A DNA stretch of 64,000 nt from Octopus sinensis (GCF_006345805.1 NC_043014.1:29016001-29080000); one strand, 5' to 3'; shown: positions 39,479-53,148, numbered from the stretch's first letter. Translations and numbers: made by a program. The notes: generated by a model from the letters alone, not told the origin.

Positions 39479-40843
39479 GTGTGTATACATATACATACAT
39501 ATGTATTTATCTACATATATGTGTGTGCGTGTATGCATGCTTGTATGTATGTATGTGTGTATTTGTCTATGCATATGATCATGTATAGATGTATGTATAT
39601 ATACATCATTGTATTCACTGATACGAACATATCGAATGGCTTGAGAAGCTGTTTCTTCGCTATACAATGGTTAATATGCGAAATCAATCAATTAATAATC
39701 AATTATTCAATTAACCAATCGATCAGTTAATCCCTAATCATTTTCTTCTAAGTTCAAATTTAATTGGTAGATTTTCAGACTGTGCTACAAACAAATTTGT
39801 ACAAGTGGGATTGTCGATAACAGACATAGCTAATTATCTTTTTTGTTTGTTTTTTAATATATTATATACTTGGCAAATTCACAGTCCTTGGAGGTCAATA
39901 TGTCATCAAGTGTGGGAGCATGTTACTGTGTGAGGACATAGCTCTGAGAAGATTACTACTAACAAATTTATTTTCTGGCCAATCTGCAGTAGGGTGATAT
40001 ATAAAGTAATAATAAGAGAGAACGGGAGAAGGTCAACTGGGTACATAGTAGCTGTATAAGTTAATTATCTGCTTTTCTGTTTCGTATGAGGAATATCGGG
40101 TTTACTATGGTTAAAGCGAATTCAGTTAAATAAAATTAAACTGGTAGGTGCAAAAGTTAAAGATTAAAGATTAAAGATTAAAAATTTGTTAGGGAAACAG
40201 TACTTGGTATATTAGATAGTAGATAATTTAAGAAGGAAAATGAATAATAATCCCTAAAAAGACGATGTAGTCATTAAGTTTATTTACACCTAGGTATGTT
40301 TATTATTTGGGATTTTTGCATGAAAATCTTTTCAAATATTTTGTTAAATAAATGAAAACAACTAATTAATAACACGCTGTTATTAGGTTAATTATGTTGG
40401 ACATACAGTTAATTATGCCCCCACCAAGTACAAATTACAGCTCACACCACATCCTCTGTACGGAAGGGTGCTACCTGTAATAAACCATGAAGTACAGTAA
40501 TCTATATTCCTACCTTTGAGTTCAGCCAACAAAGTGCAGTTCCGTTTTGTATTTAAAAGAATGAATATAGTTATGTAATCTTTGAATTTCAAAACGGTTG
40601 GGTACCAGGTAGGCTCAAGTAAAATGACTATGCATAATATTAAGGAGTTTAATAATTATTCACACATTTTCCCGGTCATTCAGAAGAAACTATAGAGTTG
40701 ATTGGAAGATAATCTTTGTTACACGCTATGTTGATTGTCTTGACTATCTTCTTGTTTTTCTACTACTATCCATGTTACAAGCAATCACATTCTAATGGCC
40801 ATTATTATAAGCCCCGGTGGTCTATAAAGTATTATTATTATTA

Positions 40844-40902
<59 letters not shown>

Positions 40903-40904
<2 letters not shown>

Positions 40905-41521
40905 GAGTGAGACAGCAGTGACACTGGGGTACAAATATACGAAGCCCAGTATACCCATCAAATATACAAAGTGACACTGGGGTACAAATATACGAAGCCC
41001 AGTATACCCATCATGACTACCCTTCTCATAAGGGTATACTAGGCACATGCATCACAACCATATATGCGTGACATGGTGATCTCATATCAAGATAAACAGC
41101 ACATAACCTTGCAGGTGGGGCCCAGTTACAATTTTCTTCTGGTCGAGTAACCCATCCCGCTCAAAAGATCCCTGAATAAGGGTTGTTCAAGTATGTTGAA
41201 CGAAACACCCATGTGTTTCCAGAGGTGAACTATTCAAAACACCCATATGTTTCCAGAGGTGAACTATTCAAACCCCAAAGAATCATGGCTATGATGTCCC
41301 CCACTACTCCTGCTCATGATCACAGATGCACATATCGTCAGCCACGAAGGGACATGCTCAACTTGTTAAGGTCAAACAATTGTCAAGCAAATCTGTGGTA
41401 TTGAGCAGAATATTTGCTGTAGCCATCTTTTATACCAAGACAAAACAATGTACATGATAACACTTCCAATCAGTTAAGATCAGAAGCCATGAGAGTCACA
41501 GGCTTGTACTGCATCAGAGCA
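40903..41521. mobile_element. Family C element with two internal tandem duplications
   Basis: Both ends present; (TTA)n on both sides. Confidence 0.9.
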
Positions 41522-41569
41522 GTATTGTTATTATTATTATTATCATTATTATTATTATTATTATTATTA

Positions 41570-41605
<36 letters not shown>

Positions 41606-41614
41606 TATTATTAT

Positions 41615-43890
41615 AATGTGATGAAAGCTCACAGCTTATTTTGTTGAGTAAGATGGAAAATGTCTGCTGTCCACAGCCAGCAGATTAAGGTGAAATTTGT
41701 TTACTGGTCATGCTTCAAGAACTCACCGAAGAATTCTTGCGGTTCCAAGCAATGCTGATTTTTGTAGGTGTTCTGCCTTCACACTTGCACCAGTCTTTTT
41801 TAGCCATGCTGGTCGTTGAGTGCTGATTCTTCCAAGTACACCGATTGCTATTGGTCTACTCTCCTCATTGATCATAACCTTCGTATTTTCCGCTTAAAAC
41901 CGTCAAAGTTGTTTATTTTTTCTTTTTCTTTCACATTGATCCTGTTGTCAGTGGGGCATGCTATGGTGATTATCATGCATGTTCTTTGTTTTTTATTCAC
42001 CATAACTATGCCCAGTTTCCGATGTCTAAGCAGGTGATCGCACTGGATCATTGCATCCCACAGGATTTTGAAATTCTCATTCTCGGTGATTCCTTTTGGG
42101 GTTTGCTCAGACCACGTCTTTGCTCTTTGTAGGTCGTGATTCCCACAAATATCCCAATGGATCATTCTTGCCACATTGTCATGGCGTCTTTTATATTCGC
42201 GTTGTGCCAATTTCGGGCACTCGATAACGATGTGCCATACCGTTTCACCCCTCTCACCACACATTCTGCATTTGTTGCTGTCGGGTGTGTTGTCTATTCT
42301 GCACTTTACATAGTTGGTACTTAGCGCTTGTTCTTGAGCTGCGCATAGGAGTGCTTCTGTCTCTATCTTCAGGTCACTCCTCCTCATCCATAGCCACCGG
42401 TTCTGTGTTTCTGTCATGGCGTTCACACCTCTTGCAAACTGACTGTACATTTTTCCTTCCATGCCAGATTTTCTTTTTGTTCATTTCTTGTTTAAGTTTT
42501 TCTTTAGTTAAACAATTTTCAGTTTTGATGACGCCAGCCTTCTTCGTATGTTTCAACAATGGCTCCACGACATTTTTTAGATACCACCCTAAGCTGTTCC
42601 GCTCTGCTTCGATACAGTCCTGGCAACTGATGAGGCCTCTCCCACCTTTTCATCTGGACAAGTACAGCCTATTGGTGTCACTCTTAGAGTGGAAGGCTCC
42701 ATGTACTGTCATCATTTTTCTGGTCTTCGTATCCAATTTCTTCACTTCTCCCTTTTGCCATTTTATAATTTCCGCTTCATACCGAAGTGATGCTGTCGCT
42801 TGGATTTTATTCCATCCAGTCAATTTTGAACGCAACACCACCCTTAGTCTTCGTAAATACTCCACTCTCAGTTGCTCTTTCAATTCCTTCTGCATTATCC
42901 CATTGGACCCTATTACACCAAGGTATTCGTAGCCTTTTGTTTCAATTTCTTTAATCAAGTCTCTGTTCGGTAATTCTATCCCTGCTAGGGGCTGTACCTT
43001 GCCTCTTTTTAGGTAGATTATTCCGCGCTTCTTGAGTCCAAATTCCATTCTACTAACAGTACTAAAACAGTGGACCGTGTTCACCAAGGAACTCACTTGT
43101 GTCTCATCCTTGCCATAGATTTTCAATTCATCCATGAAGAGGAGGTGGTTTATTGTTTTAGATTTTCCCTTTATTTCGGACCCCAGCTTCATTTTCCTAA
43201 GTAACAAGGCCAGGGGTATCATGCAGACAACAAAAGCAACAGAAATAAGCTATTACTCAGGGAAATCCCTCTCCTGATACCCAGAGTGCCGAAACTTTTC
43301 CCGTAAGATGTCAGTTCAGTCTTCCACCCCACCATAATTTTCTTCAAGAAATACGTTACGTTCCACGCAATTCCAAACAGATCTAAGCACTCGATGATTC
43401 CCGAATGTGGAATAAGCTTTGCGATAGTCAACCCAGGCCATTCCTAAATGTGTTCTTCGTTTACAATCTTGCGTTACCATTTTATCTATCAATAATCGAT
43501 CTTTCGTACCTCTGCATCTTCTTCTACAGCCTTTTTGTTATGTTGGTAATATATCAATCTCATCAAGAAATGTGTACAGTTTTTCTGCAATTCCTCCTGA
43601 TAGTAACTTTCACATTAATGGGAAGCAGGGAATTGGTCTGTAATTGTCAGCAGCATTTCCCTTTGATGCATCTTTCAGACACAACGCCATTCGTCCTTTT
43701 GTCAACCAGCCCGAGATTTCTTCTTCTCCATTAATCAATGCATTAAATTGCCCTACGATCGATTTATGAGAGCTACTGAACTTTTTATCCAAAATCCCCT
43801 TACACCAACAAGTCTTGCTGCTTTCCAATTTCTTATCTTTTTACTCATATTTCTGATATCCTCTGTGAAGTGCGTAGCATCTTGCTGGGA
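41615..43890 (-). mobile_element. R4/Dong non-LTR retrotransposon, 5'-truncated pseudo-ORF (RT + CCHC + REL)
   Basis: [94 protein letters not shown]; 3' end runs into (TAA)n. Confidence 0.95.
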
Positions 43891-43901
43891 TTCTTCTTCT
43901 T

Positions 43902-44033
<132 letters not shown>

Positions 44034-44039
44034 TATTGT

Positions 44040-44370
44040 CTTTCCACAGCTTCTTACACTGGAGATGTATTACAGTGTCAGCTGTTCACTACCAGTGAAC
44101 TAAGGTAACACCTTATTTTTTGAGCACCATCCGGAGTATTCGAGCGGTTCCAAGCAGTGCTGTTTTTCTGCAAGTGCTCCACCCTTATTGCATCCCGTAT
44201 CGGTTCCATGCCTTTCTCAAGATTTTTACTCACTGTTCCCAGGGCTCCGACAATTATTGGTTCTACTACCACCTTTTTCATCGCCCACAACTGCTTTACA
44301 TTCCAAGCTAACCTGTCATATCTGTCGACATTTCTTTCTTCCTTATCGCATACCTTGTTATCAGCTGTGC
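44040..44370 (-). mobile_element. R4/Dong 3' end fragment (another family)
   Basis: WAMKKVVVEPIIVGALGTVSKNLEK...IRVEHLQK. Confidence 0.85.
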
Positions 44371-44607
44371 ATGTTTAAGCCGCAACGTCGAGGGTATAGG
44401 CAGCAGATAGATCTCTTGATTATTGGAATACATCCCTTCTACAGGAAACTAAATAACAGACGCTCTAATCTGATCCAGCAGTAGTTGAGACAATCCATGG
44501 CGACTAGGCAATATGGGCATTCACCACTTCTGCACGACTTTTCAGGAACAGCTTCCTCTCTGCCCATTTCTGGGCAAGACTAGCCACTCTCTTTTACTCT
44601 TTTACTC

Positions 44608-44774
44608 TTTTACTTGTTTCAGTCATTTGACTGCGGCCATGCTGGAGCACCGCCTTTAATCGAGCAACTCGACCCCGGGACTTATTCTTTTGTAAGCCCA
44701 ATACTTATTCTATCGGTCTCTTTTGTCAAGCAATGCTAGGGGACAAACACAGACACACAAACACACAAACATAT

Positions 44775-44838
<64 letters not shown>

Positions 44839-45001
44839 GACGGGCCTCCTTCAGTTTCCGTCCACCAAATCCACTCACAAGGCCTTGGTCGTCCCGAGGC
44901 TATAGTAGAAGGCACTTGCCCAAGGTGCCACGCAGTGGGACTGAACCCGGAACCATGTGGTTGGTAAACAAGCTACTTACCACACAGCCACTCCTGCGCC
45001 T
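44608..45001 (-). mobile_element. SINE family A (young-looking, small internal deletion)
   Basis: Tail (CTCTTTTA)3 to head CACTCCTGCGCCT. Confidence 0.9.
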
Positions 45002-45189
45002 GCTTATATTATAACTGGCCAGTCAGTCTAGCGTACAACAACGCTGTCCGATGGCATGGACCTGCCTCTCCAGGTGCCCAGATACAAGTCAACCGACTTG
45101 TTGGCCCTGATTTTCACCACAGCCACCAACTTGTATTCCTTTAGAATACGAGTTGGTGGCAAAAATAACACTTGCTTTAACCATAGATC

Positions 45190-45720
45190 TCAACATTTGG
45201 TTCGAAGGCCAGCATTTCACTTCAGCGTACACTGATGACTGCAAACCCATTTTCCGGAAAATGTTCCAGTATAAGACTTTTTGTCTCACAAAAAACGGTT
45301 AGCATCAATATTCCTTCTGGAGGTTGAGTCCTGAATTTCGTTTTCCTTGGGATTCCGGATGTTCCCTCCCGTTTTTTACTTTTTGGATTCTGGCTCATGG
45401 ACCCTGGTCTCATCTGTGACTTTTCTCTCCCAAATAGCTTCGCCTTTATCATTGTAGCGGTCAAAACAGTGTTGACAGATCTCCATGATTTCCAGCTCTT
45501 ATACGCTTCGGTAAGCTTTCTTGGCATAAAACTCGTTCGGACTTCACGGAATTGAAGTTTGTTGCAGAGGGTTCCGTATGCAGAGCCATGACCAGTTTGC
45601 ATATAACATACCACCTCATCAATGGTCATTCGTCGGTTTGCCAGAACCACCTCTCGAGCTTGTCAAATCATCATACCAGTGGTAGCTTGATGGCCGTCAT
45701 GCTCCCACAACGTGCTTCAC
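45190..45720 (-). mobile_element. Mariner transposase remnant (N-terminal half)
   Basis: MVLANRRMTIDEV...GHGSAYGTL...LQFREVRTSFMPRKLTE...KFRTQPPEGILMLTVF. Confidence 0.8.
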
Positions 45721-46302
45721 GCTTGTTCGGACATTTTAAAACAATTTGATCCAGTCATACACACTTCAAAATGTGTGTGTGTATGTGTGTGTGTGTGTGT
45801 GTATGTGTGTGTGTATGCGTGCATGTGTTTGGTACTGGCAGTTAAGTCAAACCGTTTGTGTTTATGTACATAAACTTCTTAGTTACGTCTATTTCCTTCT
45901 TTTCCTTTTTCCTTTCTTTCTCCTACAACTTTCCTTCTTCGCCTTCTTCTTCCTCGTCGTACTCATCACCATCATCATTATCATCATCATCACCATCACT
46001 ATTATCATCAACATCAGCATCGTATTACAGTAAAAAGAAAAAAAAGATTAATTAATTATTTGATTATTTAATTATCATATAAAATTACTGTGGATTTCTC
46101 CTTATTTTGTGATTCCCGTACCACCACAACTATCGCTACCACCAATTTTTGTTAATTTTTTTCCTTTTCTCTTCAATGTCAAACTCGAATTAGTTGAGGG
46201 ATTTGTTGGAATGTTTAACATTTCGGATATTTTTCGCAATACTGCTAATAATACTGCCAATAGTAACCCACTTTTCAGGAGCGTGTCATATTATATAAAT
46301 AC

Positions 46303-46359
<57 letters not shown>

Positions 46360-46374
46360 GTGTGTGTGTGTGTG

Positions 46375-46419
<45 letters not shown>

Positions 46420-46877
46420 TGAAAAAGTATGTGTCCTGAGTATGACTATAAACCGCATTTAGCAGTGGGGCCATGGTGTGAGAGTTCCAGGGTTTTCAAG
46501 AGTGTATAACCATCTCTTAGCCACTATTGGCTCCATGTTTACTCTGACCTAGAGTAATAGCACTTGTTAAGGCCCCAGCTATGGGACCTTAATAAGCATT
46601 AAAGCAAGGGACTTGAGCAACCCTTAGTTCTCGCTAAAACTTCCTTCTAGCAGAAGGAAAATTCATATAAAGGAAAGAAAGTGTTGTTGGTTTCTGATCG
46701 TCTCAACCTCTCTTCAGCCACTGGTTTCATAGCTGACCGCTGTGTGTCACTTTGTCCACTCTTAAATTCACATACAGGAATTTCTTGAACCCTCGGAACA
46801 TCTGCAAGAAGTCACTGAGTTTAGGAAGTGGTCCTACTCGGTTACAAGTTGATTCCCACCAGTAATATACATACGAT

Positions 46878-47025
46878 AAGAAGCTTGCTTCCCAACAAAC
46901 ATGGCTCCAGATTCATTCCCATTGCGTGGCACCTTAGGCGTATGTCTTCTATTATAGCTTCCGGTCGATCAAGACTCTGCGAGTGGATTTGGCAAAACGG
47001 AAATTGAAAGAATCCCGACATATGT
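46878..47025 (+). mobile_element. SINE family A 5' half
   Basis: AAGAAGCTTGCTTCCCAA...TGCGTGGCACCTTAGG...ACGGAAATTGAAAGAA. Confidence 0.75.
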
Positions 47026-47449
47026 GTGAGCGTTAGTAAATGCACTGCCGTTCTAGGGTCTGGGGAAACCAATCCACGATTTTGCGCTCATGAGGGCAAC
47101 ACCCTAACCTCTAGGTCACGCAGCACCATGCACACACGCACATACACACACATATATATAATACGCACATACACACACATATATATACACACACAATATA
47201 TAATACATACAGAGAAAGTGTGTGTGTGCGGGAGCGCACGTGTGTGTGTGAGAGGGGAGACGCGTACGAATGTAAACGGTACAATTTTTATGTAAGCGAA
47301 ATAATGAATGCCTCAAAGTGAAGAATGATTCAAAGATTAGTCACTGCCAACTATGTGGACGAAATAAACAAGAAGAATGAACTTCGAATATACTACATAA
47401 CAAAATTATCGTATTTGTTATTTTGCAGAATTATTATTTTTCCAATGCA

Positions 47450-48310
47450 GACCCGCAGTATTTGACCATCACTTCAGCTTTCTTATTATTAGTTATTGGT
47501 TATTTTGTCAAAGTTCTTTCGTCACACATTCTGTGACCTCTTCAATGGCTATTCTTCTGCACTGTGTATCCTCTTCCTTCCGTTTACTCCATCTTGTCTG
47601 TGCAATGTATCCTTGTCGACCCATGCGTTTGCATTTGCGCCTGAGTGTGTATTTGTGTGTGTGTAGGGTGGTTGTATATTGCACTACTTGTATCTAAGTT
47701 TCATCTTTTGTCCATCTGTACCCTATTTTGTCTTTAGTTATTAGGTTGCAGCGCGGGATGTTACTATCCCATTCGTGTTTTCTACTGAGATCAGTCTACT
47801 TTCTGTTATGTTCATAGCCTCCGTAATAGGTCTGAGTGTTTTTGTTTTTCAGTTCTCTATGTAGATATCGAGACCCCATGTTACACCTTGGCATGTTGGT
47901 ACAGCACTGACGAGTTTTCTCATTCACTTGTTGCCATTTTTTACTCTCTCCTATATTAAGGGGCTGTCCTTCCAAAATATGCTGTTGTCATGTTTCCGCT
48001 CCTCCCTCTGTGCATCTTATTCTAATTGACAGAATTCCTAGTTTTGAAGTTTATCTGTGTGCTTACCCTACATACTATACTGTTACTATCACTACAGAGG
48101 GTTTTTTTCAAAAGTGTCTGTCCCACTGATCAGAGATTTTATGGGAGTTCCTGGTCTTTCCACTAGTTAAATTCACAAGTTCGCCCCCAGGAGTAGTGTC
48201 AACGAACATGACACTGAGATATTTTTGGCCGTCATACCATGAGTTGGTTTTCTCTATACTATTCCGTGATTTGGACATCTATAGTGGGAAATAAACCATT
48301 TGTGACATTC
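47450..48310 (-). mobile_element. Penelope-like element 3' remnant (GIY-YIG + pseudo-LTR)
   Basis: Frameshifted KTRNSV.RIRCTE...AYFGRT...SSVLYQHAK.H, followed downstream by a decayed hammerhead. Confidence 0.6.
47507..47549 (-). ncRNA. Decayed hammerhead ribozyme
   Basis: GCCA-TTGAAGA-G GTCAC AGAATGT GTGAC-GAAAG AA CTT-TGAC (C3 changed to U, one stem I mismatch). Confidence 0.55.
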
Positions 48311-48311
48311 T

Positions 48312-48411
48312 NNNNNNNNNNNNNNNNNNNNNNNNNNNNNNNNNNNNNNNNNNNNNNNNNNNNNNNNNNNNNNNNNNNNNNNNNNNNNNNNNNNNNNNNN
48401 NNNNNNNNNNN
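48312..48411. other. Assembly gap (100 N)
   Basis: Run of n. Confidence 1.
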
Positions 48412-48460
48412 TGTATGTATGTATGTATGTATGTATGTATGTATGCATGTATGTATGTAT

Positions 48461-48872
48461 GGCATCGCTGTTACACTTCCGGAAGGGAAGGGTCTTCCTT
48501 TGATTCTGACATGCAATGTCTGTGCAAGACCCTGCTCAGTAAAGCTGGACTCATGAGTCATCTTCGTAGTCATAAAACGAGATAGATGAGTGACAACCTG
48601 GCCACTGGTGGTGGTGTAACACACCATACTAATCATATCTGTCGGGCATGTGGAAGAGAGTGTAATTCGGCAGGAGGACTTAAACGACATGCAAAGGTAC
48701 ATGAAACCCAGTTACAACTACAGCCGGCTATTACCAGTAAAGGTCTTAGTTGCCAATTTTGTACAAGACATTGTAGATCTTTAGCTGGGCTAAAAAGATA
48801 CATTCGATCACAGCACCAATAACAGTTAAGCTTCGTGCAATGGCCATACTCGATAACGAGGGGGCAGCCATA
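48461..48872 (+). mobile_element. RTE-like LINE 3' end with three tandem C2H2 fingers
   Basis: CNVCARPC/SKAGLMSHLRSH; CRACGRECNSAGGLKRHAKVH; CQFCTRHCRSLAGLKRYIRSQH*; short 3' UTR hairpin CTCGATAACGAG, then (TATG)n. Confidence 0.65.
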
Positions 48873-48999
48873 ATGTATGTATGTATATATGTATGCATGT
48901 ATGTCCGTACGAGTATATGGCACCTTCATCAGATGACGACTATGAACCCGGAACCTTGTGGCTGGGAGTAAGCTTCTTACCACACAGACACACCCTTTA

Positions 49000-49080
<81 letters not shown>

Positions 49081-50595
49081 ATATATAATATATATATATA
49101 TATATGCATATAATGATATATGTATGTATGCATGTATGTATATACATATATACACGTGTATACATGCACATGCATATAGACATATAAATAAAAAGTTATT
49201 CGTGTAGATAAATTTTCCTTTGTTTCTTACTTTCTGTGCCTGTTCCTATGTCTCTCTTTGTAGCACATACACACACACTAACATATATTTTCATTGTCAC
49301 ACACACACACACACACACGTACATACACATGCGCGTGCGCGCGCTCTTGCTTCATTTCATAATGTTCTGTTATCACACAACCTAGCAAATTTCGGTCTCC
49401 TTCCCTCTCTCTCTTACTCACTCACTCTCCCTCCCTCTGTTTGTTTTCTCCCCCCCTCTCTCTTTGTTCTCATTCTCTCTTCCTCACTCTCCCGCTTACT
49501 CTTTCTCTATGTTTCTTTTTATACCGTCTTCCCTTGCACAGACTCCTTTACACCCTCGCGCGCGCACCTGTTCTCTCTTTATCTCTGTTTGTGTATGCAT
49601 ATGTACGTATATATATGTGTGTGTGTGCCTGTATATGTGCGTGTGTTTGTGTATCTTCATCTATGGATCATATCCACCTCTCTCTCTCTCTCTCCCTTTC
49701 TTTTTTTCTCTCGCTCTCTCTCTCTCATGCATACAACTTCTTTCTGTTCCATTCATTCACTATTTGTTTCTCTCAGACAACGATTTTACACACACACACT
49801 TCACTCACACACGTACACACACAGACACATAGGCACACACACACACATAGGCACACACACACAGATAGGCACACACACACATAGGCAACACACACATAGG
49901 CACGCACATACTCGCAAGCATATACACACACATACAGGAACACGGCTAGACGGGTAAGGTAGGTAGACGGTGTGAGTAAGATAATTAAGAAACTCCAAGC
50001 TCGCCAGACGCACATGATTGCATAACTGGGTTATGCGTAAGTGCGGCTGTATGTGTGTGTGTGTGTCTGTCTGTCTGTGTGTCTGTCTGTGTGTCAGTGC
50101 ATATCTCTGTCTGTGTGCATGTGAGTGCACGCGTTCTTATATGCATTAGTGTGCGCATGTATGCATTGGTGTGTGTGTGTGTAGAAGGGTGTGTTCATGT
50201 CTAGACGGGGTATGTGAGTGTGTGTCGGATGACTGCTTTGTTTGTAGACGGGTGTATCTGTGTAATAAGGATGTGTGTGTGTTGTTTGTGTGTGTGTAAG
50301 CGTATGTTAGCAATGCCTATGAGTGTGTGTTTGTGTTAACGTGTAATGTGTGAGTGTGTAAGCTGGAATGTGTATGCGTCTGTGTAACATACTATGTAGC
50401 GTGATGCAGTTTATGTCAATGCATTGTGTAAGAACGTGTGTGTGTATGCGTGTGCACGTGTGTGTGTCTGTGTATTAAAGTGTATACGGTTGTGTCTATG
50501 GTCACATCAGTATATGTGTGTGTGTGTGTGTATACGTATTTGTTACGTACAGTGTATATATGACTATCTCTATCGTATGATTCTGTTTGTCTCAG

Positions 50596-50814
50596 AATCG
50601 TGAATGTTCATCAGTGAATTTGTTGTTGGTGCTATTGTCAATGATATCTAGTCGAGATAAAATACTCAAAGGTCTTCCAACAATGACCACCCTGTCGTGT
50701 GAGACATTTCCTCACCGACTGCATTCTCGAACATGTCTTCCGTGCAGATTGTTATACGAGATATTCTTGCTGTTTCTAGCAAGACGATTGACCAGACAGC
50801 GGTTGCGGTGACAG
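50596..50814 (+). other. Candidate host exon (5' UTR + possible start codon at 50733)
   Basis: Acceptor ttctgtttgtctcag|, donor CAG|gtgcga, AACATG then MSSVQIVIRDILAVSSKTIDQTAVAVT; unique island in TG-rich repeats. Confidence 0.3.
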
Positions 50815-51641
50815 GTGCGAATATGTGTGAAAGTGTGTGTGTGTGTATACGTTTTTATGTTGTGTGTGTGTGTGTGTGTGTGCAATTTTTTTGTTGTCTG
50901 CATGTCATGTGCTCGTATGTGAACGCGTGTGTGTACATTTACCTGGTGTATGTAGGCGCCTATGCGTATGTATGGATGTCTGCCTGCTGAATGTATATGC
51001 GTATCTGTATGTATGCATGTAATGATATATGTATGTATATGTATGTATTTCTGTATGGTGTGTGTGTACTTTGCGTATTGTATGTTTGTGTATGTCTGTC
51101 TCATTTTGTCTCAATAAAGACAATGGACTAATGAACAAACCTTGTTGCAGGAATGAAATTGTGATAGCAACAGATTCTTCATACAGCTCAGGATCAAAGC
51201 CTTCACATCAGAAAATATCAATAACATAGAGAGAAGCAGAATAAGTTGAGTTATTACATAGAATGCAGATTTATGGCAAAATGCGAATAATTGCATTGTC
51301 TGTGGCTTCCCAGTCTTAGCTAAGAAAACACAAAGATGTTATAAACAGGCACCAAGGAAGTCCTTAGAGGCTGACAGATCGACTATACCTTGGAGTTTAC
51401 GAACCCACACTGACGAGTAGATCATAACATTCGGCAGACAATTGTTGTAGAAAATTACGGGGAAAAGATACATCTAACCGTCGTATCATTTCAAACTGAA
51501 CAAATGGAGAAATTATCCAGATACAAGATCTAGAAATAAGTATAACCCGATTATAGGGTTAAAACGGAAATAATCACTATAACAATACCTGCAATGGAAA
51601 CATGATATAATATAATATAATATAATATAATATAATGTAAC

Positions 51642-51740
<99 letters not shown>

Positions 51741-51744
51741 ATAT

Positions 51745-51776
<32 letters not shown>

Positions 51777-51837
51777 ATATATATATATGTATTATATATT
51801 TATATATATATATATGTATGTATGTAATATATATTAT

Positions 51838-52495
51838 AGGCGCAGGAGTGGCTATGTAATAGGTAGCTTGCTTACCAACCACATGGCTACAGGTTCATTC
51901 CCACTGCGTGGTACCTTGGGCAAGTGTCTTCTACTATAACCTCCGGCCGACCAAAGCCTTGTGAGTGGATTTAGTAGACAGAAACTGAAAGAATCCCGTC
52001 GTATATATATATATATATTTATTTCTGTATTGCCCCCAGGGGGATTAACATAAAGGAGACAAACAAGGATAGACAAACGGATTAAGTCGATTACAACGAC
52101 TCCAGTGCGTAACTGGTACTTATTTAATCGACCCCGAAAGGTTGAAAGGCAAAGTTGACCTCGGTGGAATTTGAACTCAGAACGTAACGGCAGACGAAAT
52201 ACCGCTAAGCATTTTGCCTCGCGTGCTAACGATAATATATATATATATAGCGATTATATAAATATATATATGTGTGTGTGTGTGTGCGCACGTGTATATG
52301 TTTGTTTGTCTGTATTTGTCCCCCAACATCGCTTGACAACAGATGTTGGTGTGTTTACCTCCCCGTAACTTAAGTACTACTTAAGTACTAGGCTTACAAA
52401 GAATAAGTCCTGGGGTCGATTTGCTCGACTAAAGGTAGTGCTCTAGCATGGCCGCAGTCAAATGACTGAAACAAATAAAAGAGTAAAAGAGTAAA
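51838..52495 (+). mobile_element. SINE family A interrupted by a SINE B1
   Basis: A 5' half 51838-52015, A 3' half ~52270-52495. Confidence 0.9.
52020..52233 (-). mobile_element. SINE family B1 nested in the (TA)n of SINE A
   Basis: B1 tail at 52020; head truncated by ~20 nt at 52233. Confidence 0.9.
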
Positions 52496-52759
52496 TGCGA
52501 TATAAAAGAAGAAAAAATACATGTAGCAATTGCATACTAGGAATTGTACATAGTTCTTAATACTGCACTTATAATACAGTGAAAACAACAAAGCCAATAC
52601 AAAACACTGCAGGTACTTTATCTAATGTACACAGAGCTGCTTTCAATAGTGCACTGCAATTTCGCTGCACTACAGAATTCACGCAATAAGCATAAGGATC
52701 ACAGTAGATTAGATAGAGAAATGGTCGAAGGAAGTTGGAATAAAATATTTTTTATATTT

Positions 52760-53148
52760 GTAAAGGAATTTGACAAATTAAGTAAATATACGGACCTGGA
52801 AATTGAAATACAAAAGATGTGGCATCTTAAAGCGAGAATTGTTCCTGTTATTGTGAGTGCCCTAGGTGTGATAAAAAAAGGGATGTCAGAAACATCGAGA
52901 TAAGATCCCAGGAGAACCATGTCTCAGAGAAATCCGAAAGATTGTGTTGACAAGTATTGCCCACATCCTTAAAAAAATCCAATCCATTTAAATGTTTGTG
53001 TCGTATTACATTAAGATATTTCGCTACCGCCCCCGTCACTCCCCCTCCTCAAACTTTCAGTCATACTGTAACATCACTTATCCTTCACTCGCCCCAGGAC
53101 GCTGTGTGTCTCGGCAATTGATTGTAACAAACAAGCAGATCAAAAGTA
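52760..53148 (+). mobile_element. Dong-1 3' end, 5'-truncated
   Basis: KEFDKLSKYTDLEIEIQKMWHLKARIVPVIVSALGVIKKG; 3' UTR then (TAA)n. Confidence 0.9.

Noticed and set aside
48586-48822. Host C2H2 zinc-finger gene
   Set aside because: No TGEKP linkers, upstream frameshifts, and a LINE-like 3' UTR and tail.
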